A DNA stretch of 64,000 bases from Ignavibacteriota bacterium (GTDB taxonomy: Bacteria; Bacteroidota; Ignavibacteria; UBA10030; UBA6906). This document shows positions 36,312 through 46,559 of this stretch, in pieces (position 1 is the stretch's first letter; every line of letters starts with the position of its first letter). The notes under the pieces are model-generated. The model did not search any database. It was not told where the DNA came from and saw only the letters and a program-made list of their open reading frames with translations. The stretch lies in contig CAWDEM010000004.1 of NCBI GenBank assembly GCA_963801355.1, positions 896,001 through 960,000 of the forward strand. Direction: 5' to 3'. A program made the position numbers and the translations under genes.

Positions 36312-38195
36312 ATGAAGCATTTCCTGTGTACATCGCTGGCGTTGTTCGCGCTGTCGGCAGTCCTGCTTGTCGCACCGGCGGCTTCGCAGCAGGACACACT
36401 CAAGCTTTCGGAAAAAGTCTCCACGTCGGAGGCCGTGCTGACGCGGGCGGACTTCAAGCGACTGGCGTGTGAGAATGTCGGGGACGCGCTGAAGAATATC
36501 ACCGGCGTGTATGTCCGCAATGGCCAAATTGCACTCCGCGATGTGGCCCCGGACAAAGTGGTGATTCTCCTTGACAATCAGCGTTTGAACACCGCTCAGG
36601 GAGGAGGCGTCGATGTCATCACCCTCCCGATCGATATCGTGGAAAAAGTAGAAGTTATCCGCGGGGGAAGTTCGGCATTGTACGGTGCGGATGCAGTCGG
36701 AGGCGTCATCAAGATCACGACACGGGGAAAATCCACGGAACAGGCAAGCCAGATCAACGCCAATGCGCATGTGACTGTCGCGTCCTTTCATACGTTTGTG
36801 ACAGCCCTGGATCTGGCACACCGGATCGACCATCTGAACTACCTGGTATCATACAAGCGGACCACATCCCGCGGGGACTACGACTACGTGACGCCCACGA
36901 CCGGCGTCAAAGGCCCCTGGCTGAACAACGACCAATCCATCCATGACCTGTTTCTCAAAGGGTCCTATGCACTCTCCGACGAAGCAACCTTTGCACTCTC
37001 CGGCAGCATGTACAATGCGGGCACGGGAGCCCCGGGGATCATCGATCAATTGACTCCGTTTGCGCGATTGGGCTACAACAACAAGAACATCAATGCCGCC
37101 TATGACCAGGCGAACGTCTTCGGCAACTTTGGCCTGAAGGTGCAGACGTATTTCCTCTTCTTTGAGTTGACGTACAAGAATCCCGTGGGCATTGCGCCAT
37201 CGGATAGCAAGCATGACAACGACGCGATTTCGTTTGAGGTCCAACAGACCGGGTCCGTCAGCGATCATCTCGAACTTGCCTACGGCTACACGTATCGTCA
37301 TGACAAGCTCACGAGCACAGATATCGGCAGACGCGACCGTAACAACCATGCCGCGTATACTATGGCCACGGTGGGTTTCAAGGAGATCCCCTTCTTCTTT
37401 GACGAGATGTCCATTACCCCGGCGCTGCGCTACGACTATCCCTCCGACTTCCGCGCAGAGTGGAGCCCGAAGATTTCGGTGGTGCTCAAGCACAGTGGTA
37501 CCTTTTCACTCACGCTCAAGTCGCACGTCACCCGTTCCTACCGGGCCCCGACGTTCAACGACCTCTATTGGCCGAAGGACAGCTATTCAGAGGGAAACCC
37601 GAACCTCGTTCCGGAGATCGGCGTGAACTACGACGCCGGCATTTCAATCAGCTACCCCCTGCTGGGTGAAGTCACGTTGAGCAGCAACTATTACGTCAAC
37701 AACCTTGATAATCTGATTCTCTGGGCCCCCGGGGGCGACGGTCTCTGGCGCCCGAGCAACATTTCGAAGACTGAAGGGCACGGTATCGAGACCGCGTTCC
37801 GGTGGAAACCCCTTGGTGATGTTCTCGAGCTGGGTGCGGACTACACCTATATGCAGGCCCTCGACAAAAGCGAGTCCAAGGCGACGCGAAACAAAGACCT
37901 TATTTACCGGCCGCGCAACAAATTTGATATCACGCTGGGGCTCCGCCTGTTTGGAGTCGAGCTCAATGTGATGGATCACTTTGTGGGGAAACGGTACACG
38001 ACAGCGGCAAATACGAAGTGGCTCGATGCCTATAATGTTGTCGACGGCAATATCGGTTATTCCTTCAAAGCATGGGATTTCAACTGGTCGCTCAAATTCG
38101 AAACGAACAATCTCGCCGACCTCAATTACACGGCGGTGGAGGGGTCCCCTGTGCCCGGCCGTGAACTGCGGTTTACGCTCGGGTGCGGATTCTGA
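36312..38195 (+). CDS. TonB-dependent receptor, BtuB-like
   Basis: Signal peptide; plug EVIRGGSSALYGADAVGGVI; YRAPTFNDLYW...GNPNLVPE; C-terminal F. Confidence 0.9.
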   Translation: MKHFLCTSLALFALSAVLLVAPAASQQDTLKLSEKVSTSEAVLTRADFKRLACENVGDALKNITGVYVRNGQIALRDVAPDKVVILLDNQRLNTAQGGGVDVITLPIDIVEKVEVIRGGSSALYGADAVGGVIKITTRGKSTEQASQINANAHVTVASFHTFVTALDLAHRIDHLNYLVSYKRTTSRGDYDYVTPTTGVKGPWLNNDQSIHDLFLKGSYALSDEATFALSGSMYNAGTGAPGIIDQLTPFARLGYNNKNINAAYDQANVFGNFGLKVQTYFLFFELTYKNPVGIAPSDSKHDNDAISFEVQQTGSVSDHLELAYGYTYRHDKLTSTDIGRRDRNNHAAYTMATVGFKEIPFFFDEMSITPALRYDYPSDFRAEWSPKISVVLKHSGTFSLTLKSHVTRSYRAPTFNDLYWPKDSYSEGNPNLVPEIGVNYDAGISISYPLLGEVTLSSNYYVNNLDNLILWAPGGDGLWRPSNISKTEGHGIETAFRWKPLGDVLELGADYTYMQALDKSESKATRNKDLIYRPRNKFDITLGLRLFGVELNVMDHFVGKRYTTAANTKWLDAYNVVDGNIGYSFKAWDFNWSLKFETNNLADLNYTAVEGSPVPGRELRFTLGCGF

Positions 38196-38218
38196 TTTCC
38201 TTTCGTGAAGGTCGATCA

Positions 38219-40447
38219 ATGTCAAAGCTCCTGGTTCTTGTTGTCTTGATCCTCTGCAGCTCTGTGCCATTGCAGGCGCAGGACGGCGGCGTGGTGTCCG
38301 GAAGGGTGTTGGAAAAAACCTCCCGGCACCCGATTCCGGGAGCGAACGTCTTCGTCGAGGGGACAGTCCTCGGGGTGTGCACCAACGGAGAGGGATACTT
38401 CGAGATTACGGCTGTTCCTCCGGGACCACACCGTATCCGTGCGAGCGCCGTGGGGTATGCCGCGTCGACAGCCGACATTGTCGTTTCCGGGCAGAATGGC
38501 GCGACCCTGATCTTCCGCCTGGAGGAGACGGTCTACCAGGTGAACCCCGTGACCGTGACGGCAACACGGGAACGCTCGCTGGTGAGCGACGTGCCCGCCG
38601 TCGTGGATGTGATTCCCGCACGAGAGCTGGAGCAGCGGAACATACAGGATATCGGCCAGGCTGTGGAGCGGCTTCCCGGTGTGCGCGTGAACACGTATGG
38701 CACGCTGGGCGACCTGAAAACGGTCTCCATCCGCGGATCCACCGCGAGCCAGGTGCTTGTGCTCGTGGATGGACAGCGAGTGAACAACGCCCAGACAGGT
38801 CAGGTGGACCTCAGCACGATTCCAACGGAGGGGATCGAGACCATCGAGGTGGTGCGCGGCGGGACATCCGCCCTGTACGGGGCGGACGCTGTCGGCGGGG
38901 TCATCAACGTCATCACGAAATCCCATCCGCACGAGTCATCGTTCGCTGCCGGGGCGAACGTCACCGGCGGATCATTCGGCATGAGGGGTCTGGAGGTAAA
39001 CTCGACTCTTTCCAGCGAGGCCACGTTCGGCTTCCTGTCGTACAAGTATCTCGTCACCGATGGGGACTTTGAGTACACCACGCCCCTCGGCGAAAGACAG
39101 AAGAGACAGAATGCGGATTTCCGTTCCCACAGCCTCTTTGGAAAAGCCAAATGGACTCTCGGAGAAGAAGGCCTGGGCGGATCGATTGCGGCATCCGCAC
39201 AGGCCCACTTTGCGCGATCGGGATCTCCCGGCTCGATTGAACAGCCCAAGTATGATGCCCGCAAAAAGGAAGGAGATCAGTCCGTCAATCTGGTGTTTGA
39301 GCACAAGCTCGGATCGCCCTACAACAGTGTGAAGCTGCAATCGTACGTTATGAATTCCGAGTACAACTACGATGATGCCGGATCGGCGTATCCCGAGCAT
39401 TCATACAGCCACAACATCGCATGGGGAGCAGAAGCGCAGGCAAAACTCATTGCGACGGACTGGAGTACCGTGACGGGGGGGTATGCTGTCAGACGCGACT
39501 ATTTGTCCGGCACCACTACGGTCACACCGCCGCGGCGGACGCTGCACAGCATCTACGCCCAGACCGAGCTCTCACCGCTTCTCGGCAGCAGTAGTTTCCT
39601 CCGGAGGGTTATCGCCATCCCTGCGGTGCGGTGGGACAGTTTCTCCGATTTTGGCGAGGAGATAAGTCCGAAGATCGGCGTCGTGCTGAGTGCCGGGACT
39701 GTCTGGCAAGCTTCACTGAAGACCAACTACGGATCATCCTTCCGGGCTCCTTCGTTCAACGACCTGTATTGGCCGAAGGACGCATTCTCGGCTGGAAATC
39801 CGGAGTTGAAGCCGGAGTTGGGGAAGGACTTCGATGCCGGGTTCATGGTGCGCCTGCCTCTCCTTGTCGGTCTGGGCATCGACGCCACGTATTTTCACAA
39901 CACCGTCGATGATCTGATTCTGTGGCAACAGGGGGCGGGCGGGCTCTGGAGCCCGACGAACGTGGGCAAGGCAAACATCAGCGGCCTTGAGTCGAGGGTG
40001 TCACTGGACCCCTGGAAGGGGCTCCTGCGTGTGGAGTGGACCTACACCTATCTGGATGCACGGAACAAGACGGAGAAGCACACGGAGTATGACAAGAGAC
40101 TACCCTACCGCTCCCGTCATGCGCACACGCTCTCGGCCGGCGCGACATGGGGTGACCTGTCCGCGCTTGTGGAGTTTTCCTACTTCTCCTCCCGGTACAC
40201 GAACACGGCGAACACGATTCTTCTGGATCCCTATCATGTCACGAATGTCATTGCAGGCGCCACTATCCTGCATGACCCGGTGTCGGCGGACCTGAAGCTG
40301 GAAATCAGAAACCTCGAGGACCTGGAGTACAAGGCGATGGAAGGATTTCCCATGCCGGGGAGGGAATTGCGTCTCTCCCTGAACGTCAAGTTTGCACAGC
40401 TGTACGATGCACATCAAACCCAAGGAGAGCAAATTGGGAAACCATAA
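38219..40447 (+). CDS. TonB-dependent receptor, BtuB-like, with N-terminal carboxypeptidase-regulatory-like domain
   Basis: SGRV...PIPGANV...GYFEI; TonB box VTVTATR; EVVRGGTSALYGADAVGGVINVIT; FRAPSFNDLYW; 17-aa extension after the expected terminal F. Confidence 0.9.
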   Translation: MSKLLVLVVLILCSSVPLQAQDGGVVSGRVLEKTSRHPIPGANVFVEGTVLGVCTNGEGYFEITAVPPGPHRIRASAVGYAASTADIVVSGQNGATLIFRLEETVYQVNPVTVTATRERSLVSDVPAVVDVIPARELEQRNIQDIGQAVERLPGVRVNTYGTLGDLKTVSIRGSTASQVLVLVDGQRVNNAQTGQVDLSTIPTEGIETIEVVRGGTSALYGADAVGGVINVITKSHPHESSFAAGANVTGGSFGMRGLEVNSTLSSEATFGFLSYKYLVTDGDFEYTTPLGERQKRQNADFRSHSLFGKAKWTLGEEGLGGSIAASAQAHFARSGSPGSIEQPKYDARKKEGDQSVNLVFEHKLGSPYNSVKLQSYVMNSEYNYDDAGSAYPEHSYSHNIAWGAEAQAKLIATDWSTVTGGYAVRRDYLSGTTTVTPPRRTLHSIYAQTELSPLLGSSSFLRRVIAIPAVRWDSFSDFGEEISPKIGVVLSAGTVWQASLKTNYGSSFRAPSFNDLYWPKDAFSAGNPELKPELGKDFDAGFMVRLPLLVGLGIDATYFHNTVDDLILWQQGAGGLWSPTNVGKANISGLESRVSLDPWKGLLRVEWTYTYLDARNKTEKHTEYDKRLPYRSRHAHTLSAGATWGDLSALVEFSYFSSRYTNTANTILLDPYHVTNVIAGATILHDPVSADLKLEIRNLEDLEYKAMEGFPMPGRELRLSLNVKFAQLYDAHQTQGEQIGKP

Positions 40448-40496
40448 CAGCGGGAAGCTCTCTCACCGCTCATGTATGCATTTTAGAGGAGGAATC

Positions 40497-41507
40497 ATGA
40501 AACTCAAAACCTTTGTCCTCTTCACCCTCACCGTTGCCATCGGATTGCTTGCCGGCTGTGAGAAGAGCGACGATGAAGTGACCGCCCCGCCTGCCACCTC
40601 AAAGGCGGTGTACGTCCTCAACGGATTGGGGAAGACGCTTTCGGTGATCGATCTGAACACCGGTGTTGCCACAAACAACGTGGCAACCGTCGGCCTCTAC
40701 CCGAACCATGTGCTCTATTACAGCGGCAAGTTGTTCGTTGTGAACTCCGGGTCGAATACCGTCCAGGTCTTCAACGCGGACAGCTATGCGTTGTTGGGCA
40801 CGATTACCCTTGCGGCGAACAGCAACCCGATGACGATCGCCATTCTGAATGACACCAAGGGCTACGTTGCCTGCTCCATGTCCAACTCGGTGGTCGTGGT
40901 GAATCCAACGACGTTTGCGGTGGTGAAGACCATTGCGGCGGGGGTCGGCACGTCGGGCATCGCGATTGCCAACGCGAAGGTGTATGCCTCCAACACTGCA
41001 TTTGACGGCCAGACATATGCCTACGGGCAGGGAACGGTGACGGTGATCAATACGACGACGGATGCGGTGAGCACGACCCTCAACGTCAGCAAGAATCCCC
41101 AGGCGATTGCCATCGCTCCTGACGGGAAGCTTCATGTGCTGTGCAGCGGCGACTATGGTGCAACCGTGGGATCTGTTGCGGTGATTGATCCGAGTACGGA
41201 TGCCATTGTGAAAAATCTGACGATCGGCGGCAGTCCGGGAAACATCACGATCGCTTCGAACAACATGGCCTATTGCGGTCTCTTCGGGACCGGGTTGATC
41301 ACGTACAATGCGTCCACGTATGCCATCAAGGATTCTTCGACAAATCCGTTATTGAAGAAGGGTGGTTCGGGGACCGTGGTCGACCTGTCCGGCAATATTT
41401 ATGTGGCGGACTTTTCCGGTGACCAGGTGATCATGCTGGACAACACGTACGCGCAGAAGAAGGTGTATGACGTGGGGGATGGTCCGCTGTCGATGAGTCT
41501 GAAGTAG
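40497..41507 (+). CDS. YncE/YVTN beta-propeller lipoprotein, BtuG-like
   Basis: Lipobox LLAG-C then EKSDDE; repeated blades (VYVLN..LSVID, LFVVNSGSNTVQV, GYVA..SVVVVN, VGDGP); follows the TonB receptors. Confidence 0.8.
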   Translation: MKLKTFVLFTLTVAIGLLAGCEKSDDEVTAPPATSKAVYVLNGLGKTLSVIDLNTGVATNNVATVGLYPNHVLYYSGKLFVVNSGSNTVQVFNADSYALLGTITLAANSNPMTIAILNDTKGYVACSMSNSVVVVNPTTFAVVKTIAAGVGTSGIAIANAKVYASNTAFDGQTYAYGQGTVTVINTTTDAVSTTLNVSKNPQAIAIAPDGKLHVLCSGDYGATVGSVAVIDPSTDAIVKNLTIGGSPGNITIASNNMAYCGLFGTGLITYNASTYAIKDSSTNPLLKKGGSGTVVDLSGNIYVADFSGDQVIMLDNTYAQKKVYDVGDGPLSMSLK

Positions 41508-41532
41508 CGGGTGATCCGCGGGACTGGATGTA

Positions 41533-41562
41533 TCCCTGGCGGGTCTGATGGCCCGCCAGGGA
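41533..41562. terminator. Hairpin between the convergent operon end and sdhB
   Basis: TCCCTGGCGGG...CCCGCCAGGGA, 11-bp stem. Confidence 0.65.
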
Positions 41563-41570
41563 GCAGTTTC

Positions 41571-42314
41571 CTATACGATTTTTGCCCGGATATATTCCTC
41601 GTTCAGCCGTGCAATATGATCCACGGAGATGTGCTTCGGGCATTCCACTTCGCAGGCATAGGTATTTGAACACGCACCAAACCCTTCCGCGTCCATTTGC
41701 GCCAGCATCTGTTCCACGCGTTCTTTCCGTTCCGCGCGGCCCTGGGGCAGCAGGACGAGATGGGAGACCTTCGCAGCAACGAAGAGCATTGCCGAGCCGT
41801 TCGGGCATGTAGCGACGCACGCGCCGCAGCCGATGCATGCGGCGGCATCCATGGCCTCCTCGGAGTCGGCTTTGGGGACCGGGATGGAATTCGCTTCCGG
41901 AGCCGCCCCAGTGCGGACGGACACATACCCCCCGGCCTGCATGATGCGATCGAACGCTGTGCGGTCGACGATCAGGTCTTTGATGACCGGGAAGGGTCTG
42001 GCCCGCCAGGGTTCAACAACGATCGTATCGCCGTCCGGGAAACTGCGCATCCGCAGTTCACATGTGGTCTCACGCTGGTTCGGGCCGTGGGCGCGTCCTT
42101 TGATCATGATGCCGCAGCTGCCGCATATGCCTTCGCGGCAATCGTGATCAAATGCAACCGGTTCTTCGCCCTTCGTCACCAGATCCTCGTTCAGGATATC
42201 CAGCATCTCCAGAAACGAGGCGTCCGGAGAGATATCGCGCACGGTGTAGGTGACAAGCCCGCCCTCGGCCTGCCGGTTCTTCTGTCGCCAGATCTTGAGT
42301 GTGAAGTTCATCAC
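41571..42314 (-). CDS. sdhB: Succinate dehydrogenase/fumarate reductase Fe-S subunit
   Basis: [35 protein letters not shown]. Confidence 0.95.
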   Translation of the reverse strand: MMNFTLKIWRQKNRQAEGGLVTYTVRDISPDASFLEMLDILNEDLVTKGEEPVAFDHDCREGICGSCGIMIKGRAHGPNQRETTCELRMRSFPDGDTIVVEPWRARPFPVIKDLIVDRTAFDRIMQAGGYVSVRTGAAPEANSIPVPKADSEEAMDAAACIGCGACVATCPNGSAMLFVAAKVSHLVLLPQGRAERKERVEQMLAQMDAEGFGACSNTYACEVECPKHISVDHIARLNEEYIRAKIV

Positions 42315-44224
42315 TTATAACTCCTCTGGGAGGGTTTCGCGTATTCGAATTCCAACGGCTCTTTGTGGAGGTCCGGCTTGGCGAGGTCGCCGGTATACGC
42401 CCAGGCAGCAACGTAGCTGAATTTCTTGTCATCGCGCTTGGCTTCGCCTTCTTCGGTCTGATATTCCTCCCGGAAGTGCCCGCCGCAGGATTCGTTGCGA
42501 TGGAGAGCGTCGCGGGCGAGCAACTCGCCGAGTTCCAGGAAATCCGCGATGCGCCCGGCCCGTTCGAGTTCCATATTGAGATCATCCGAAGAGCCGACCA
42601 CGTTGACATCCTGCCAGAATTCCTCACGCAGGGCTGCGATGTCGCTGATCGCCGTCTCCAGTCCTTTCTTGTTCCGGGCCATCCCGACATTGTGCCACAT
42701 GATCGAGCCGAGGGCCTTATGGAAGTCGTCGGGCGTCCGGTGTCCCTTGATGGACATCAACGATGCGATCCGCTCTTCCACTTCCCTGGATACTTCTCTG
42801 CATGGTCCGTCATCGGGTCGCACCTGGGAGAATGCCGCTGTGGCAAGATAGTCGCCGATGGTGTACGGAAGCACGAAATACCCGTCGGCCAACCCCTGCA
42901 TCAGCGCACTTGCACCCAGGCGGTTAGCGCCGTGGTCGGAGAAATTCGCCTCACCGATCACGTACAGACCCGGGATCGTGCTCATGAGATTGTAGTCCAC
43001 CCAGAGGCCGCCCATGGTGTAATGGACCGCAGGATAGATCCTCATGGGGACTCTGTACGGATCTTCGGCCGTAATCTCATGGTACATATCAAACAGGTTG
43101 CCGTACTTCTCTTCGATCCAATGCTTGCCGTTGCGCTGTATGGCATCGGCAAAATCCAGGTAGACCGCGAGTTGTGTCGGGCCGACACCGAATCCTTTGT
43201 CACACATTTCCTTTGCTCTGCGCGAAGCCACATCGCGCGGCACGAGGTTGCCGAATGACGGATAGAGGCGTTCCAGGTAGTAATCGCGTTCTTCTTCCGG
43301 AATATCTCCCGGGCCCCGGGTATCGCCCTTGGTTTTCGGGACCCAGATGCGGCCGTCATTGCGGAGGCTCTCACTCATGAGCGTCAGCTTCGATTGGTAC
43401 GAACCACTCTGCGGGATGCATGTGGGATGGATCTGGGTAAAGCAGGGATTCCCGAAGTACGCGCCCCGCTTGTGCGCACGCCAGATGGCGGTGGCATTGC
43501 AGGCTTTGGCATTTGTCGACAGATAGAACGTGTTGCCATAGCCGCCGGTGGCAAGGACCACGGCGTGGCCGGTGTAGACTTCAAGTGCTCCGCTGACCAT
43601 ATTGCGTGCGACAATACCGCGCGCCTGGCCGTCGACGACGACGAGGTCGAGCATTTCGCGGCGGGGATAGAATTTCACGGTGCCGGCATCCATCTGCCGG
43701 ACAAGTGCGGAATACGCTCCCAGCAACAGCTGCTGCCCGGTCTGTCCCCGCGCATAGAATGTGCGTGACACCTGCGCGCCGCCGAATGACCGGTTGTCGA
43801 GCAATCCGCCGTATTCACGGCCGAACGGAACACCCTGGGCGACACACTGGTCGATGATGCTCCCGCTTACCTCCGCGAGGCGGTAGACGTTTGCTTCGCG
43901 CGCACGGTAGTCCCCGCCCTTCACCGTATCATAGAAAAGACGATATACGCTGTCGCCGTCATTGGTGTAGTTCTTCGGCGCGTTGATGCCTCCCTGGGCG
44001 GCAATGCTGTGCGCCCGGCGCGGGGATTCATGGTAGCAAAGGGCGATCACGTTGTAGCCAAGTTCCGCAAGCGACGCGGCGGCGGAGGCCCCCGCGAGTC
44101 CCGTGCCTACCACCACGATGGTATACTTCCGTTTGTTTGCGGGGTTGATGAGCTTGAGGGAAAAACGATGGTTGTCCCATTTCTTTTCGATGGGGCCGGA
44201 TGGTATTTTTGCGTTCAGTGTCAT
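42311..44224 (-). CDS. sdhA: Succinate dehydrogenase/fumarate reductase flavoprotein subunit
   Basis: [43 protein letters not shown]. Confidence 0.96.
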   Translation of the reverse strand: MTLNAKIPSGPIEKKWDNHRFSLKLINPANKRKYTIVVVGTGLAGASAAASLAELGYNVIALCYHESPRRAHSIAAQGGINAPKNYTNDGDSVYRLFYDTVKGGDYRAREANVYRLAEVSGSIIDQCVAQGVPFGREYGGLLDNRSFGGAQVSRTFYARGQTGQQLLLGAYSALVRQMDAGTVKFYPRREMLDLVVVDGQARGIVARNMVSGALEVYTGHAVVLATGGYGNTFYLSTNAKACNATAIWRAHKRGAYFGNPCFTQIHPTCIPQSGSYQSKLTLMSESLRNDGRIWVPKTKGDTRGPGDIPEEERDYYLERLYPSFGNLVPRDVASRRAKEMCDKGFGVGPTQLAVYLDFADAIQRNGKHWIEEKYGNLFDMYHEITAEDPYRVPMRIYPAVHYTMGGLWVDYNLMSTIPGLYVIGEANFSDHGANRLGASALMQGLADGYFVLPYTIGDYLATAAFSQVRPDDGPCREVSREVEERIASLMSIKGHRTPDDFHKALGSIMWHNVGMARNKKGLETAISDIAALREEFWQDVNVVGSSDDLNMELERAGRIADFLELGELLARDALHRNESCGGHFREEYQTEEGEAKRDDKKFSYVAAWAYTGDLAKPDLHKEPLEFEYAKPSQRSYK

Positions 44225-44236
44225 GGCGATGGTTCC

Positions 44237-44890
44237 TTACTTGCCCCAGAAGAAGTAGAGTGGCATTGCGGCAAACCCGAGCGGGATGACCAACCAGAAC
44301 AGTGCTGCCACCAGGTCGATCAGGCGCTTGTAATGCTCATGACGCACGCCGAATGTCTGGAACGCCGACTGGAATCCGTGATGCAGGTGATAGCCCAGGA
44401 GGGCAAGTGCAACGAGGTACAGTGCAACGGTCCACGGATTTAGAAATGCCTCCGCGACAATATCATACATGCTCCGCCCGGGAGTGAGGAACCGGGAAAC
44501 GATGAAGAATTCCTGGATGTGAATTACGAGGAAGACGGCGATGATGGGACCCGTCACCCACATGATGCGCGATGAGAAGTCGCTGGTTTCACCGGCCTTG
44601 CGCAGAGCGTACTTCACCGGCCGTGCGCGCCGGTTCATCAGCCAGAGCCAGATGCCGAGAGCGGAATGGAGGAGGAACCCTGCAAACAGGGCGACCTCCA
44701 GGGGACGCAGAAGCGGATACGTTGACATGAACTCCGCATACGCGTCATACTCGCGGCCGTCGTCACGTACGAAGAGAAAGAGGTTGATGTAGAGATGGAC
44801 GACAAGGAAGCTGGCAAGGAAGAGTCCGGACAGCGCCATGATCAGCTTTCTTCCGACCGAGCTTTTGATAAATGATATTGGTCTTCTCAT
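44237..44890 (-). CDS. sdhC: Succinate dehydrogenase cytochrome b subunit
   Basis: SSVGRKLIMALSG, conserved heme-ligand His residues, HLHHGFQSAFQTFG. Confidence 0.92.
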   Translation of the reverse strand: MRRPISFIKSSVGRKLIMALSGLFLASFLVVHLYINLFLFVRDDGREYDAYAEFMSTYPLLRPLEVALFAGFLLHSALGIWLWLMNRRARPVKYALRKAGETSDFSSRIMWVTGPIIAVFLVIHIQEFFIVSRFLTPGRSMYDIVAEAFLNPWTVALYLVALALLGYHLHHGFQSAFQTFGVRHEHYKRLIDLVAALFWLVIPLGFAAMPLYFFWGK

Positions 44891-44983
44891 AGATGCCGCT
44901 CGCTGCAATTGTGGACACCGGAATTGTGGAGAGGTGAACCAAAATGGGATGCTCTGACCGGTATGAACGCGCGTCGATGCTCA

Positions 44984-45012
44984 ATGGTACAAAAGACCGG
45001 CTACTTGTGCAA
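44984..45012 (-). promoter_or_regulatory. Sigma70 promoter of sdhCAB
   Basis: TTGCAC-17 nt-TACCAT on the minus strand. Confidence 0.5.
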
Positions 45013-45014
45013 CC

Positions 45015-45893
45015 CTATCGGCTGTTTCCCGGACGAATGAACCGGAAGGCGGAAATGACACTTCCGACGAAGCCAAGGGCAACCCCTGCCGCAACCACAC
45101 CAGCATAGAACACCATGTCCATTCCGATAAACTCGGCAAGCTCACTGGAGAAGAACCCTACCCCGCGCGTGAGAATGAGGTAGAGGATCCCTGCGGCAAG
45201 TCCCCCGCCCAAAAGTCCCTGCCAGACACCCTCCAGCAAGAACGGGAGACGGATGAATGTCCGGGTCGCGCCCACGAGCTCCATTGTCCGGATCAACTCG
45301 CGCTTTGCATAGATCGCCAGCCGTATCGTGTTGGACACGAGGATGAGAGCCGACAGCCCGACAAGAGCGCTGAGTCCAAGCCCGACATTGTGCACCGTGG
45401 TGGCGCGCTGGTCGATCGTTTCGAGCATGGCCTTGCGGTATATGACGCTGTCTATCTCGCTCATCGACTGGAGTCGCGACTCCACCCCTTGAATGTACTG
45501 GGGCGTTTTGAATCCGTCCTTCATATGTATCTTCAATGAGGGGGGGAAGGGATTGAAATTCAGCACATTGAAAACGTCATCGCCTGTTTCTTCTTTGAAT
45601 ATCTCGGCGGCATCTGCCTTTGACACGTAGACCACACTATCGACCTCCGGGAATGATGCGATGACTTGTCCGAGACTGTCAACCGTAATGATTGAGATTG
45701 GTTCGGACAAGAATGCTTCCACCTCCACCTGGCTCCGCAACTGCACCATGAACCGGTCTACATGAATGGTGATCACTGCAAAAAGACCCAGGAGCAGCAG
45801 AGCGATGCACACCGTGAGAATGGAAATCGTGCTTGAGATCTTTGTCCGCCGAAAACCCGAGAAGCTTTCGCGGAGAGTATAGGAGAGGCTCAT
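45015..45893 (-). CDS. ftsX: Cell division permease FtsX
   Basis: YVSKADA, NPFPPS, NTIRLAIYAKRELIRTMELVGAT, PFLLEG. Confidence 0.93.
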   Translation of the reverse strand: MSLSYTLRESFSGFRRTKISSTISILTVCIALLLLGLFAVITIHVDRFMVQLRSQVEVEAFLSEPISIITVDSLGQVIASFPEVDSVVYVSKADAAEIFKEETGDDVFNVLNFNPFPPSLKIHMKDGFKTPQYIQGVESRLQSMSEIDSVIYRKAMLETIDQRATTVHNVGLGLSALVGLSALILVSNTIRLAIYAKRELIRTMELVGATRTFIRLPFLLEGVWQGLLGGGLAAGILYLILTRGVGFFSSELAEFIGMDMVFYAGVVAAGVALGFVGSVISAFRFIRPGNSR

Positions 45894-45998
45894 AGGGTAC
45901 TCAAAAAGACTCTGAAAGCTTGAAATTCAGGTTAAGGCTGCGTGCTCGGAAGAGAAAGGCTGCACGTGAAACGCTTTCTCTGCGTCCTTCTCTGTGAT

Positions 45999-46559
45999 CT
46001 AGAAATTGCTCTCATCCCGCCACCGGACAATTCTCCACGGATCGTTGATGCGGTTCCGGCGGAACGTGAGATTCGCATATCCGTCGATCCGTTCGATGTC
46101 GCTGGGATTGAACACCAGTGTCAGATTGAATCCCCGGACGATATTCACGCTCGTGGATTCCGCGGTGGTCGTAATAATATTGTTCCAGATGAGGTCGAGT
46201 TTCTGGGCGTTCTGGAACAAACCAAATGTTGTCCGCAATTCATCATCGCGCCCCCACGCCACGTCGATGCCCAGGTCGTAGTTGCGGTACACAAACACAA
46301 ATTCCGGATCAAGAAGTTGTCCGTACACCGTGGTATCGCGGAACGTGTACGCGGCCTGGAAGCACTGGAACATCCCTTCCACCGTCTGCGGGTTGCAGGT
46401 GGATTCGGCCGGAGCATTGTCCCACCCCGGGGCGAAGGGATTGATGCAGCCCGGGAGAACGAGGCACGTGCACAGAAGCAGGGGCAGGCATACGGGCTGC
46501 GCGCCCTCTCCCTGTGCCGCCCTGTTCGTCCTTCGGGTTCTCCCGCCTGGCCTAGTCAC
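45999..46559 (-). CDS. Hypothetical lipoprotein
   Basis: LPG-CINPFAP lipobox-like segment; NTF2-like pattern ending WRIVRWRDES; GTG start overlapping the upstream stop. Confidence 0.7.
   Translation of the reverse strand: MTRPGGRTRRTNRAAQGEGAQPVCLPLLLCTCLVLPGCINPFAPGWDNAPAESTCNPQTVEGMFQCFQAAYTFRDTTVYGQLLDPEFVFVYRNYDLGIDVAWGRDDELRTTFGLFQNAQKLDLIWNNIITTTAESTSVNIVRGFNLTLVFNPSDIERIDGYANLTFRRNRINDPWRIVRWRDESNF

Noticed and set aside
44908-44940. DnaA-box-like TGTGGA repeats (oriC)
   Set aside because: Several mismatches, only two copies, no AT-rich unwinding element, and located in the sdh leader.
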